Of a stretch of DNA of 64,000 bases, positions 1 to 15,560 are shown in pieces. The DNA is from Macrostomum hystrix (taxonomy: Eukaryota; Animalia; Platyhelminthes). The DNA lies in the NCBI GenBank assembly GCA_950097015.1, contig CATNEN010000007.1, forward strand, positions 8,122,001 to 8,186,000. The letters are read 5' to 3'. Within the stretch, counting starts at the first letter, position 1, and every line of letters starts with the position of its first letter. Under the pieces are notes generated by a model that searched no databases, was not told where the DNA came from, and was given only the letters and a program-made list of their open reading frames with translations. A program made the translations under genes and the position numbers.

Positions 1-28
1 TTTCATTTCGCTTTTGCTGCCATACCAG

Positions 29-1295
29 TCCTCCTGCCTGCCACTGTGGGACCACCTGGCCTCGTTGCTGAACCTCCTGCCGGCGCCCCCTGGCGAAGAC
101 TGCGGCGTCCTCTGCCCGGAGCCGGAGCAGCAGGCAGCACTCCCGGAGGACGCTCATGCCCGCGGCCTTCGCCTGTTCCGTCCAGTGCAGCGTCACCTGG
201 ATTTCGCCCGCACTCCGGCCGCCCCCGTCACCGGCCGGCTGGACGAGTCGCGCCTCCGCCTGGCCGCCATTCGCCGCTTCGGCTTCCTGGCCGTGCAGAA
301 TGACCAGCTGGCCTTCGAGTACGACTCAGCTGGGCGGCAGTTTCTCGGGCCGAGCGCCGTGGTGCAGGCCAGCCGTGACGCTCAGATGCGCAACCTGGCC
401 CAGCTGCGGCTCATTAACCAGGTGCAGCAGCTGGAAACCGCCGTTTCTATGGCGACTCCTTCAATTACGGTGAGCAAAGCAATGAATTGTTTATTTTAGA
501 GGCTAAATAAATTATACTCAATTGGGCCAGATGTGCAGTCGACAGCACAGCCGCAGCTATTGCGCGGTGCAACTTGAAGACTGCATACGTCTTTTCGATT
601 GGTCCATGGACTTGGTGGACACACCACCCTCAATTTCTCCAGCTAATACTGGTGCCCATTTAAAAGCTGGGTGAACTGAATCAATACAAAGTTAAGTGTG
701 ATGCTTAAGGACACAAATTGTTGCAGTGAGTCTGGAATCGAACCCCCGACCTTTAAGTAGTGAGTCCGACGCTCTAACTACTGGGCTACAACCCCCTGCC
801 CTCCTACAGCCCTCTAGAAGCTAAATTTAACTTATAACTAGATGCATGCCTTGAAAATATGTGTAAACTTTGTTGCCCTGTGGTTACAAATGCAGTAATT
901 ACACTCTGTGTTTGCAGGCGTCTCATGTTGTGCCATCGCGGCAGTGCCTCACAGACGGCCTAGATAAGCTTCAGGCTCTGGTCCGCAGCCGACGCTGCGT
1001 CCTGGTGCTTCCCCGGAGCTCCATTGACCACCTGGACCGGCTGAAGCGCTCCAGCCAGGCCGCCCGCCGTGCCAGCCGCTACCTGGAGACCGAGCTGCAG
1101 TCGGGGCGCGGCCTAATCAATGCACACGATTATTCCACGCTTGTGGAATGCGCCAGCAACCTGTCTGCTGACACGGCGGTGTTCCTGGTGTGCCGCGGCG
1201 AGGCCCCGCCGCCAATCGACCTGCCGTTTCAGGTGCGCGAGCTGGACGAATTTGTCAGACAGGCGCTGACGCCCGCGCCTGGCCAGGCCGGCTGA
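29..1295 (+). CDS. SMG5: Nonsense-mediated decay factor SMG5 (EST1B), last two exons incl. PIN-like domain; gene starts before the window
   Basis: Exons 29-469 (ccag| ... ACG|gtgagc) and 918-1295 (tttgcag|), both phase 0. LPEDAHARGL..ESRLRLAAIRRFG..MRNLAQLRL..VQQLE and VVPS..LVRSRRCVLVLPRSSIDHLDRLK..ARRASRYLETEL match the recalled SMG5 C-terminus (PEDMALRNL..MRDMAQLRL..IPRTVIDGLDLLK..ARDGIRYLE). AATAAA near 1393. Confidence 0.85.
525..790 (-). mobile_element. tRNA-derived SINE, family A, in SMG5 intron
   Basis: Minus strand reads gtagcccagtagttagagc (A box) ... ggttcgattcc (B box), then a non-tRNA body. The body is shared with 30255-30510 and 48030-48140. Boundaries approximate. Confidence 0.6.
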
Positions 1296-1599
1296 TTCTG
1301 TTGCAGTTTCGTCATTCATTTTACCTTATAATCAGGCAATTTTTTTTGTGATTGTATGAACTCTATCGCAACTGTGCTCTGTCTCACACTAGAATAAATT
1401 GTATAAAATCAAGGATTCGCATATTTCAAGTGGACTACTGTAGCTGTAAACTCCCATTGTTGGTGCTTTACATGCTTCGGATGTACTTTTAACCATACTT
1501 GATTCACATATTTGTTTTTTTTCTTCTTTTTTGTGTTGTTTTACTTTTGGTTGTTTTAGTCCATCAGCCGATATCCCCTAGAGGCGATTAGGTGTTAAA

Positions 1600-2680
1600 T
1601 CCCCTAGAGTCCATCAGTTGTTATCCTCTAGAGTCCATCAGGTCTATGCCCTAGAGTCCATCAGGTAATATCCTCTAGAGTCCATCAGGTCTATGCCCTA
1701 GAGTCCATCAGGTAATATCCTCTAGAGTCCATCAGGTCTATGCCCTAGAGTCCATCAGGTGATATCCTCTAGAGTCTATCAGGTCTATGCCCTAGAGTCC
1801 ATCAGGTGATATCCTCTAGAGCTTTTCAGCTGTTATCTAGAGTCCATCAGGTGTTATCCTCTAGAGTCCATCAGGTGTTATCCTCTAGAGTCCATCAGGT
1901 CTATGCCCTAGAGTCCATCAGGTGATATCCTCTAGAGTCCATCAGGTCTATGCCCTAGAGTCCATCAGGTGATATCCTCTAGAGTCCATCAGGTCTATGC
2001 CCTAGAGTCCATCAGGTGATATCCTCTAGAGTCCATCAGGTCTATGCCCTAGAGTCCATCAGGTGATATCCTCTAGAGTCCATCAGGTCTATGCCCTAGA
2101 GTCCATCAGGTGATATCCTCTAGAGTCCATCAGGTCTATGCCCTAGAGTCCATCAGGTGATATCCTCTAGAGCTTTTCAGCTGTTATCTAGAGTCCATCA
2201 GCTGTTATCCTCTAGAGTCCATCAGGTGTTATCCTCTAGAGTACATCAGGTGTTATCCCCTAGAGTCCATCAGGTGTTATCCTCTAGAGTCCATCAGGTG
2301 TTATCCCCTAGAGTCCATCAGGTGTTATCCCCTAGAGTCCATCAGGTGTTATCCCCTAGAGTCCATCAGGTGTTATCCTCTAGAGTCCATCAGGTGTTAT
2401 CCTCTAGAGTCCATCAGGTGTTATCCTCTAGAGTCCATCAGCTGTTATCCCCTAGAGTCCATCAGGTGTTATCCCCTAGAGTCCATCAGGTGTTATCCCC
2501 TAGAGTCCATCAGGTGTTATCCTCTAGAGTCCATCAGGTGTTATCCTCTAGAGTCCATCAGGTGTTATCCTCTAGAGTCCATCAGGTGTTATCCTCTAGA
2601 GTCCATCAGGTGTTATCCCCTAGAGTACATCAGGTGTTATCTCCTAGAGTCCATCATCTATTATCCTCTAGAGTCCATTA
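1600..2680. repeat. Minisatellite, 23/24-bp unit ctagagtccatcaggtgttatcct; alternating dimer in the 5' half
   Basis: Directly visible tandem array ending about 80 bp before the HSP10 ATG. Confidence 0.95.
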
Positions 2681-2761
2681 AGTTCTCAACCTTTCATTTC
2701 AGCGCAAGCAGCTGCGTCAGCTAGTCATCCCAAGCCACTAAATAAAAATCCCAAAAGAGAA

Positions 2762-3079
2762 ATGTCCGCTATCCGATCCGCCGCCAGCAAGTTTCTGCCC
2801 CTGTTCGACCGTGTCCTCGTGCAGCGCTTTGAGCCCCAGCTAAAGAGCAAAGGCGGCGTCCTTCTGCCTGAGAAGTCCAAAGGCAAAGTGCTGGAGGCCA
2901 CTGTCATTGCCACCGGGCCTGGCCGAGTCTGCGAGCAGTCCGGCCAGCTGCACCCGGTCAGTGTGAAAGTCGGCGACAAGGTGCTGCTGCCCGAGTTCGG
3001 CGGCACGAAGGTCACGCTGGAAGAAGCCGACTACTTCCTGTTCCGCGACGGCGACATTCTAGGCAAGTTCGAGGCCTAG
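2762..3079 (+). CDS. HSPE1: Mitochondrial 10-kDa chaperonin (HSP10/Cpn10), intronless CDS
   Basis: KFLPLFDRVLVQR..KSKGGVLLPEKSKGKVLEATVIATGPG..VKVGDKVLLPEFGGTKV..YFLFRDGDILGK is the canonical Cpn10 sequence; 105 aa. Confidence 0.97.
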   Translation: MSAIRSAASKFLPLFDRVLVQRFEPQLKSKGGVLLPEKSKGKVLEATVIATGPGRVCEQSGQLHPVSVKVGDKVLLPEFGGTKVTLEEADYFLFRDGDILGKFEA

Positions 3080-4166
3080 GCTGACAGTTGATCTCGGCCC
3101 CTCATTGAGAATCCCCGCCCATCACTGCTAGGCGTCAGTGATCCCCTCTGACAGCCTCTGATTCATCTTTTAGCTACTTTTCATTGCCTACAATAGGTTG
3201 ACTGATAAAATAAGCACCTGTTAACACCTGCTTGAATCTATAACACCTTTAAGTGATTAGCGAAATCACAGCTATAGTGAAATTTACTTAACTTTCTATT
3301 TAGAAGTAGTATGTGTAGGTTCATGCGATTGATTTAACTCGATTTCATTGTCTACAACCGGTTCATCTGCTATCGCGTCTAGAATATTTTTGTTCCATCT
3401 GTGAGTTTTTTAACTGATGAAGAGCTGGCTGACTGAATAGCTTCAATGCATAATTATGCTAGCCCCAAATACACGAGCTACCACTGGCGTGTGACTTGCG
3501 GACTCTGATTTTAGTTGTTGCTGGCTTTTGCATTTTTTAGATACGAGAAATGACGCGTCATTCTCTGACGAATGCCACTGACTTTCTGTGATTTATTTTT
3601 CGACAAACACATTAAAGAGAGCATAGAATATAATTAGAATATAATGGTCATTGATCGAAATGTCTATGGGTAATAGCCTTTGGTTTGAGCTCTTCACCAA
3701 GAAATCATAGGTTCGAATCTCAGCAAATTGAAAACATTTCGCTGTCATTGTTTTAAAATCGTGTAGCTTGACCATAGACAAGTCGACTAATGAAGCCAAG
3801 TGGAAGTTAACCCAGCCATTGATAGCATTGCAAGACACGCTATTCGTCAGACCATTCATAGGCTTTTTGTGATTGATAGTCTTAGAAGGGCACTGGACAT
3901 TGTCACATCATTTGGTCTACCCGCAGCCAGCGAGAGGAAATTCTCCCCATTCCGCAGAGCATATATGGCAGAGCAGAATATATGCGCAATTTAGCAACTT
4001 CTGGTCCGCGCATTTATATACTCGTACTATTAGTTGAATATTTGCTCCCATAAAATGGGCCGATTCATTTCAGCTAGCTGTGAAATTGTTTCCACACAGA
4101 GCATTGATACTGTCCGTGTCCGGTCCTTATTTAGTTTGAGTCTAGTCTCAGTGTGCTTGAGAACAG

Positions 4167-7249
<3,083 letters not shown>

Positions 7250-8284
7250 CCTGCTTCCGAAGCTAACTGCTGCTTTTAAAGGCGTTATTTTAGTTAGCCG
7301 CTTGTGCTACTACTAACAGTAAAGTAGTAAGAGTCCTAATTGATCCCGATGGTTATTTGATTGTTTTCTATCATCCATAATTTACCATTTTCTTCTATTC
7401 AATTATTCCATTGTACTGCAAATCTACAAAATCTAGAAGCTGCACCCAAACAGATTTTCGCATCTGTCGTTTCCTTCCTGACAATACACCCGGCCGAATA
7501 CTGTTTGCTAATGTGATGCAATTCATTCACTTATCCCATTTTGGGCCATTTCCAACTTGTCTGTTCTCAACTAACTCGTTCATTTAATATGAGGGGATGC
7601 TAGTTTTGGGATTTTCTTGGCACAATTCGATTGAAAATAAATCCTCAAAAACTGAACTCAACGAGCGAAAGATTTATTAATCGCTTTCCAATTTTCTGGG
7701 GGAAGTTAAAGGGAATTTTCGAATCTGTCAAGACAATGAAAGCCATGAAATCTCCCACTGCGGAGTGGGAAAACTTTGACTCGCACCCTCCCTCCCCAAT
7801 TGACATTCCGATCCTCTTTCTATTCACGCGTATGTCCCCAGTTCCCAAATCTTCGCCTCCACCATGGGAATCATTTGAGGCTGGGCTGGGAAATTTCCCA
7901 CGCAGCTTTCTCCTCCCACTCTCACCCCCATCTTCCTAAGCCAAACTTACACATTTTCTCGTGTCCCGCTCAGGGGAATGCCGTGTTGAAGCCGTCAGCA
8001 GAGAGTGCGGCACGTGGGAACGGGACCTGACCGGGTGCTGAGCCATGGGAAAATGGTACCTATGAACCAGCAAACCGGCCCGGCCTCAGCTGTCAGGTTT
8101 TGTGGTGGAAACTGGCTTGGCGCGATATGGCGCGTTTTCACAATATGGCTAATTAGAAAGTTAAGCCAGTTCATCATTTAGTATTTTAAATCTGCGACAA
8201 AAACGAGTATTCGTTTTATTCCGAAACTATAAGACTCTAAATCTAGGACTAGATTTACTCAGATCCAAAATCTACAATCATCCT

Positions 8285-9310
8285 ATTCCTAATCCTAGAT
8301 TCATCCGATTCCAAATCCTAGATTCATCCGATTCCTAATCCTAGATTCATCCGATTCCTAATCCTAGATTCATCCGATTCCTAATCCTAGATTCATCCGA
8401 TTCCAAATCCTAGATTCATCCGATTCCTAATCCTAGATTCAGTCCGATTCCTAATCCTGGATTTAGTCCGATTCCTAATCCTGGATTTAGTCCGATTCCA
8501 AATCCTAGATTTAGTCTGATTCCAGAACCTAATTTGTCTGATTCCAGAACCTAATTTGTCTGATTCCAGAACCTAATTTGTCTGATTCCAGAACCTAATT
8601 TCTCTGATTCCAGAACCTAATTAGTCTGATTCCAGAACCTAATTTGTCTGATTCCAGAACCTAATTTGTCTGATTCCAGAACCTAATTTGTCTGATTCCA
8701 GAACCTAATTTCTCTGATTCCAGAACCTAATTTGTCTGATTCCAGAACCTAATTAGTCTGATTCCAGAACCTAATTTGTCTGATTCCAGAACCTAATTTG
8801 TCTGATTCCAGAACCTAATTTGTCTGATTCCAGAACCTAATTTGTCTGATTCCAGAACCTAATTTGTCTGATTCCAGAACCTAATTTGGTCTGATTCCAG
8901 AACCTAATTTGTCTGATTCCAGAACCTTATTTGTTGTGATTCCAGAACCTAATTTGGTCTGATTCCAGAACCTAATTTGGTCTGATTCCAGAACCTAATT
9001 TGTCTGATTCCAGAACCTAATTTGTCTGATTCCAGAACCTAATTTGTCTGATTCCAGAACCTAATTTGGTCTGATTCCAGAACCTAATTTGTCTGATTCC
9101 AGAACCTAATTTGGTCTGATTCCAGAACCTAATTTGTCTGATTCCAGAACCTAATTTGGTCTGATTGCAGAACCTAATTTGGTCTGATTCCAGAACCTAA
9201 TTTGTCTGATTCCAGAACCTAATTTGGTCATGATTCCAGAACCTAATTTGGTCTGATTCCAGAACCTAATTTGGTCATGATTCCAGAACCTAATTTGGTC
9301 ATGATTCATG
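8285..9310. repeat. Minisatellite, 22-24-bp units (gattcctaatcctagattcatcc drifting to gattccagaacctaatttgtct)
   Basis: Visible tandem array. Confidence 0.95.
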
Positions 9311-10077
9311 AGCGATAATTCGTCCAGTTCCTGAGAAGCAAGTAGTCCGATTCTAGGACTTTGAAGACCATGAAGTTGAGTTGTCTGCAGTCCCAAGCCT
9401 ACTGGATCTGTGAGGTGAAACTCGAGACACTGTCTGCCTGGCGCCTTAGAATAGAAATTCGTGACTGCAGCGGTGAGAGAGGAGGCAGAGAGAGGCCCTT
9501 GTGTGCCGACCAGTGGCGTGGGAACTGGCCCGCCGCTGCTGTGAACCTGCCGCGCTTTCGGTTCCCTCCTGTGCTGCTGCTGCTGCTGCTGCTGCCGCAA
9601 GGGGCAGAATAAGAGTCAAACTGACTTAGCACATTGTATACAGCTGCAAGCGAAAATGCAAATTTTATTATGAAAGAAGAAAATAACGGGGCCAACCTCA
9701 CAGCACAGTCGGACCTCCGCCATGACAAATATTGCGCTGCAAAATCTAATTGCTTTGGAGGACAAAGAGACAAAGGAGACTGTCTGCTTTACCCCGCCTT
9801 GTTTCGTGTGCGGGTGGAAGCGAACCCTGTGTCACCATCGCCAGCCCAGACAAAGACTTTCAGAATTTCCTATTTAATAAATTTTTGAATTGATGGAAAG
9901 AAATCTTTTGAAAACTAAAAGTGCCAGTCTTTGTTCTGTGGAGAACATCCAGTGCAGAGTTCTACGGAGCAGCGATCCAGGCACTTGGGCGCTGATTCAC
10001 CCTGCTCAGCCTGTCCTTCCACCGACTTCTTCACTGGAACAGACAGGAGAGAAGGCTTGCTGTGGCCTACCCCCATT

Positions 10078-10212
10078 GCACAGTGAGAGTGTACACTTCC
10101 TGACCATGAAAAAGGCAGGGCAGATGTACACAACTGTGTGCGTTCGCTGCCTGCGTGAGTGTGTGCTCAGGATTTAGCAAAATGAGCAGAATTGCCGCCT
10201 CGCTGGCTCCAA
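10078..10212 (+). mobile_element. Diverged partial copy of SINE family B
   Basis: cacagtgagagtgtacac..gggcagatgtacaca..gtgtgtgctcagga..gcagaattgcc is the reverse complement of the bodies at 48141-48527 and 50785-51150. Confidence 0.6.
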
Positions 10213-11084
10213 GAGAACTGGTGTTTTTTTAAACAATAGATGTCACTTTCAAATTGCGGTTTAATTCCCACAAAACTGCTTTCCGAGAAGGAAATACATT
10301 TCTCTTTTCTTTCCTGTCATTCATTTGAGCAGGTAAGTCCAGATATCCTAATTTAGTCAACTTTTCCCACGCAGATCTTGGCCTTGTTTCCCACGGAGCT
10401 GCAGGAGGGATGTCGTGCTCGGAGACCGGACCAACTGATAAAGCGCAGACACTTGAGTTGTTAATGCAATGCAAATATGCTAGCACATGTGACCTCTCCG
10501 GCGGGGGTGGGTGACCAAAACAGTTCGTGGGAATTCTCGGAAGAATTTTTTTCAAGTTGCAAGTTATTTTAGCTGTGTTGTTTCAAGTTCATTGTACTAC
10601 TTCCTTGCATGTTTGAGAGCATTTCAAAAAACAACTTTAATTTTGCCCCATTCCACTTACACAGGTAGTACATTTGGCCCGATGCTGCTCTGCCACTCAC
10701 CCCATGACACCAGTTATATGGAAGTGACACTAAACACTTTGAAGAGACACCTTATCTGGAAACGGCACTGCCACTGACATCAGGGGCTCTAGTTTCTATG
10801 CTATAGAACTCCATGAACAAGGGGTTGTCTTAAGACATTTTCTCACGGCCAAGCACGTTGCTTTGGCGGCCCTAACCAATGAGACACTGGCTTTAGAAGG
10901 GCGGGAGGTCCCCAGGGGTGACGCACGCAGCAAGGGGGGGGCCAAAAAAGGCCAATGAAAGCGGTCATTTGTAATCGGCACTGACTCGCCACCCCTCCGC
11001 CTTGTCTTTCAATAGTTAATTCGCTCCTCTGTCACAGTCGCATTGAATTCAGCCACTCACCTTGGCCAGACTTTGACAAGCTCC

Positions 11085-11498
11085 ATGATGGCTTCAACAG
11101 TGTCGGCGTCTGAGACAACGCAGGGCGGCACGTCGCCAGCCCAGCAGCTGCTGAAGGCGGTGCGCTTCGGCGACGCGGCCGCCGCTCGGCGACTGCTCCG
11201 ACGGCCTGATTTTCCGCGTCACCTGCTGGACACGGAGGCCGACGCCGAGACCGGGGCCCCGGCGCTGCTCCTGGCCTGCCAATCTGGCCGACTGGACCTA
11301 CTGCTGCTGCTGCTGCGGCATGGTGCCAGCGTCCGCGCCTGCGACAGATTCGGCTGGGACGCCCTGAACACGGCCTGCTGGCATCATCACTGTCACCTGC
11401 TGCCGCCGCTGCTGGCGCGCCTGCGGGCCGACGCGAACGCCGTCGGACAAAACGCAGATCTGCAGCGTCGGCGACGGCTGGAGAGGCGCTACGCCTGA
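11085..11498 (+). CDS. Small ankyrin-repeat protein, NRARP-like (137 aa, single coding exon)
   Basis: QQLLKAVRFGD..RRLL..ETGAPALLLACQSGRLDLLLLLLRHGASVRACDRFGWDALNTACWHHH aligns by eye with recalled NRARP (QRIFQEAVRKGN..EGQTALHQSVIDGNLELVKLLVKFGADIRLANRDGWSALHIAAFGGH). Same small size and no other domain. Acceptor tcacag| at 11037. Confidence 0.65.
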   Translation: MMASTVSASETTQGGTSPAQQLLKAVRFGDAAAARRLLRRPDFPRHLLDTEADAETGAPALLLACQSGRLDLLLLLLRHGASVRACDRFGWDALNTACWHHHCHLLPPLLARLRADANAVGQNADLQRRRRLERRYA

Positions 11499-11544
11499 TC
11501 AGCGGCTTGACTGAACTCACTGCTGACAGCATAACTGCTGAGTC

Positions 11545-13160
11545 CGTGTCTAACAGTTTGGCACTGTGTCTAACAGTTTGAAACTGTGTCTAACAGTCGG
11601 GCACTGTGTCTAACAGTCGGGCACTGTGTCTAACAGTCGGGCACTGTGTCTAACAGTTTAGCACTGTGTCTAACAGTTTGGCACTGTGTCTAACAGTTTG
11701 GCACTGTGTCTAACAGTCGGGCACTGTGTCTAACAGTCGGGCACTGTGTCTAACAGTTTGGCACTGTGTCTAACAGTTTGGCACTGTGTCTAACAGTTTG
11801 GCACTGTGTCTAACAGTCGGGCACTGTGTCTAACAGTCGGGCACTGTGTCTAACAGTCGGGCACTGTGTCTAACAGTCGGGCACTGTGTCTAACAGTTTA
11901 GCACTGTGTCTAACAGTTTGGAGCTGTGTCTAACAGTTTAGCACTGTGTCTAACAGTTTGGAGCTGTGTCTAACAGTTTGAAACTGTGTCTAACAGTCGG
12001 GCACTGTGTCTAACAGTCGGGCACTGTGTCTAACAGTTTGGCACTGTGTCTAACAGTCGGGCACTGTGTCTAACAGTTTAGCACTGTGTCTAACAGTCGG
12101 GCACTGTGTCTAACAGTTTAGCACTGTGTCTAACAGTTTAGCACTGTGTCTAACAGTTTAGCACTGTGTCTAACAGTCGGGCACTGTGTCTAACAGTCGG
12201 GCACTGTGTCTAACAGTCGGGCACTGTGTCTAACAGTCGGGCACTGTGTCTAACAGTTTAGCACTGTGTCTAACAGTCGGGCACTGTGTCTAACAGTTTG
12301 AAACTGTGTCTAACAGTCGGGCAATGTGTCTAACAGTTTGAAACTGTGTCTAACAGTCGGGCAATGTGTCTAACAGTCGGGCAATGTGTCTAACAGTCGG
12401 GCAATGTGTCTAACAGTCGGGCAATGTGTCTAACAGTCGGGCACTGTGTCTAACAGTTTGAAACTGTGTCTAACAGTCGGGCACTGTGTCTAACAGTTTG
12501 AAACTGTGTCTAACAGTCGGGCAATGTGTCTAACAGTTTGGCACTGTGTCTAACAGTTTGGCACTGTGTCTAACAGTCGGGCACTGTGTCTAACAGTTTG
12601 AAACTGTGTCTAACAGTCGGGCACTGTGTCTAACAGTTTGAAATTGTGTCTAACAGTCGGGCACTGTGTCTAACAGTTTAGCACTGTGTCTAACAGTTTT
12701 GCACTGTGTCTAACAGTTTAGCACTGTGTCTAACAGTTTAGCACTGTGTCTAACAGTTTAGCACTGTGTCTAACAGTTTAGCACTGTGTCTAACAGTTTA
12801 GCACTGTGTCTAACAGTTTAGCACTGTGTCTAACAGTTTGGCACTGTGTCTAACAGTTTAGCACTGTGTCTAACAGTTTGGCACTGTGTCTAACAGTTTA
12901 GCACTGTGTCTAACAGTTTAGCACTGTGTCTAACAGTTTAGCACTGTGTCTAACAGTTTAGCACTGTGTCTAACAGTTTTGCACTGTGTCTAACAGTTTG
13001 GCACTGTGTCTAACAGTTTGGCACTGTGTCTAAGTGTCGGGCACTGTTTCTAACACCTGAACACCGTGTCTAACACCTGAACACCGTGTCTAACAGCTGA
13101 ACACCGTGTCTAACAGCTGAACACCGTGTCTAACAGCTGAACAGCGTCACACAGTGTCCA
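11545..13160. repeat. Minisatellite, 20-bp unit gcactgtgtctaacagt(cgg/ttg/tta), about 80 copies
   Basis: Phased array starting about 45 bp after the ankyrin gene stop. Confidence 0.97.
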
Positions 13161-13774
13161 ACAATTTGAGCCCTGTGTCTATCATCTCAAATTATTAAGC
13201 GTGGCATTCATCTAGCCCAAATGGCATCTGCTTCCAGTCTTTCTCTCACTCTCCCTCGCACACTTCCGCACCGTCATTCACCATTTTGATCACTCGAGAC
13301 TAATTTAATTGCTTCTGTTTGCCGAGACCTCCCCTATTAGCATGGATACAGTAACTTAGCAGACTTTTTTACCGCGGTTTTATCACGAATTGCTACACGT
13401 ATCTTTCGCCAGCGTTGGCTCTAGTTTGCTTGAATGTTCTCTACGAACCCCAAGTTGCGTTTATACTTATTTTGTATTTTCTTTGATTGTCTCATATGAA
13501 GCAATCATTAAGCTGCAATCAGAAAATTCTTTGTAAAAATACTTAACATAGCAGAAAAATACACTTAGTCATTCTTGTGGCCCACTGCATTGATAAGGCT
13601 TTGTATTGACAGCCACTGTCTGACTCGACAGCCGCTGCTGGTATCCAATACTTCAGTTTCAGTTCTTGTATGTTACTCAGGCCTGTTGGACTCGGTTCCA
13701 GTTCTGGGCTTTGTTAAGGCACGCCAATAAGTGGCCTTTTTACCAAAGTCCATGACTTTGCTGTATAATAGCTC

Positions 13775-14565
13775 CCCCCTCACACCTACCCCCTCACATC
13801 TAACCCCCTCACACCTACCCTCACTTCTCCCCTCACACCTACCCTCACTTCTACCCTCACACCTACCCTCACACCTACCCTCACTTCTACCCTCACACCT
13901 ACCCTCACTTCTACCCTCACACCTACCCTCACTTCTACCCTCACACCTACCCTCACTTCTACCCTCACACCTACCCTCACTTCTACCCTCACACCTACCC
14001 TCACTTCTACCCTCACACCTACTCTCACTTCCCCCCTCACACCTACCCCCTCACACCTAACACCCTCACACCTACCCTCACTTCTCCCCTCACACCTACC
14101 CTCACTTCTACCCTCACACCTACCCTCACACCTACCCTCACTTCTACCCTCATACCTACCCTCACTTCTACCCTCACACCTACCCTCACTTCTACCCTCA
14201 CACCTACCCTCACTTCTACCCTCACACCTACCCTCACTTCTACCCTCACACCTACCCTCACTTCTACCCTCACACCTACCCTCACTTCTACCCTCACACC
14301 TACCCTCACTTCTACCCTCACACCTACCCTCACTTCTACCCTCACACCTACTCTCACTTCCCCCCTCACACCTACCCCCTCACACCTAACACCCTCACAC
14401 CTACCCTCACTTCTCCCCTCACACCTACCCTCACTTCTACCCTCACACCTACCCTCACACCTACCCTCACTTCTACCCTCATACCTACCCTCACTTCTAC
14501 CCTCACACCTACCCTCACTTCTACCCTCACACCTACCCTCACTTCTCCCCTCACACCTACCCTCA
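13775..14565. repeat. C-rich minisatellite, 12-bp units cctcacacctac / cctcacttctac with higher-order duplication
   Basis: Visible array; the block boundary 'actctcacttcccccctcacacctaccccctcacacctaacaccc' recurs near 14020 and 14350. Confidence 0.95.
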
Positions 14566-14969
14566 GATTTAGTAATCGTTTTTTTAAGATAAATTGTACT
14601 ACGCGTAAATGAATATAACTCAGAGATTCAACTTATCCTCGCATATTAATTAGCTCATAAACAGAAAAAATAATCTACAACTTTATGGCCTGTTCAGCAA
14701 TAAACGCATAACAACTCGGTGATAAAAAGCAGAGATAGATTGTCGCGCTAGATAAAGACTCTCCCTCGCTCTCATGAAGCCATTTTTCCCAGGGCCATTT
14801 CTAAGTATTGAATTGCATTTCGGTCCTGCCTCATCTCGGGTTGAAATTTCTCACGGAGTTTCACAAACAAATATTATACTAGCATGCTGTCCATTTTCTA
14901 AGGCACTTCCCAGCACCCACTTGCCCGTAACTGTGCGCTTCAGTTTCTAGCTGAAGGGTCATTGGGTGG

Positions 14970-15560
14970 ACAGTTAGTAGGTATATTAGGTAGGCAGTGA
15001 GTTGACTTAGTAGATTAGGTAGACAGTTAAATAGAGTAGGTAGATTGGGTGAACAGTGAGTAGAGTTGGTAGATTTAGTTTAAATTGATTTAGTAGACAG
15101 TGAGTAGGTAGATAAGGTAGACAGTGAGTAGGTAGATAAGGTAGATGGTGAGTAGGTAGATAAGGTAGACAGTGAGTAGGTAGATAAGGTAGACAGTGAG
15201 TAGGTGGAATAGATAGTGAGTAGGTAGATAAGGGAGACAGTGAGTTAAATTGGTAGAATTGGTAGACAATAGAGTAAACTAGGTAGACAGTAGAGTAAAC
15301 TAGGTAGAAAGTAGAGTAAACTAGGTAGACAATAGAGTAAACTAGGTAGACAATAGAGTATACTAGGTAGACAGTAGAGTAAACTAGGTAGACAGTAGAG
15401 TAAACTAGGTAGACAGTAGAGTAAACTAGGTAGACAGTAGAGTAAACTAGGTAGACAGTAGAGTAAACTAAGTAGACAGTAGAGTAAACTAGGTAGACAG
15501 TAGAGTAGATAAGTTAGACGGTGAGTTTAGTTGGTGGATTAGGTAGACAGTGAGTAATGA
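14970..15560. repeat. Purine-rich minisatellites (24-bp gtgagtaggtagataaggtagaca; 21-bp agtagagtaaactaggtagac)
   Basis: Visible arrays. Confidence 0.85.

Larger units (their letters stand above)
7895..10847. promoter_or_regulatory. Cluster of 8 CSL/Su(H)/RBPJ consensus sites (YGTGRGAA) upstream of the NRARP-like gene
   Basis: Sites at 7895-7902(-), 8013-8020(+), 9517-9524(+), 10265-10272(-), 10364-10371(-), 10388-10395(-), 10526-10533(+), 10840-10847(-, CGTGAGAA). Weaker RTGGGAA matches near 7765, 7864 and 8045. Confidence 0.7.

Noticed and set aside
728-790. tRNA genes here and near 3690, 18370, 30400, 48480 and 51100
   Set aside because: A/B boxes are present but there is no complete cloverleaf, and most are attached to repeated SINE bodies.
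7863-7902. Canonical paired Su(H) site (SPS)
   Set aside because: The head-to-head sites are 24 bp apart, not the roughly 15-17 bp of SPS elements, and one is a weak CATGGGAA.
9361-9612. GC-rich ORF with a poly-Leu (CTG)n tract
   Set aside because: No ATG or convincing splice sites and no recognisable motif; better explained as regulatory DNA, since it contains a CSL site.
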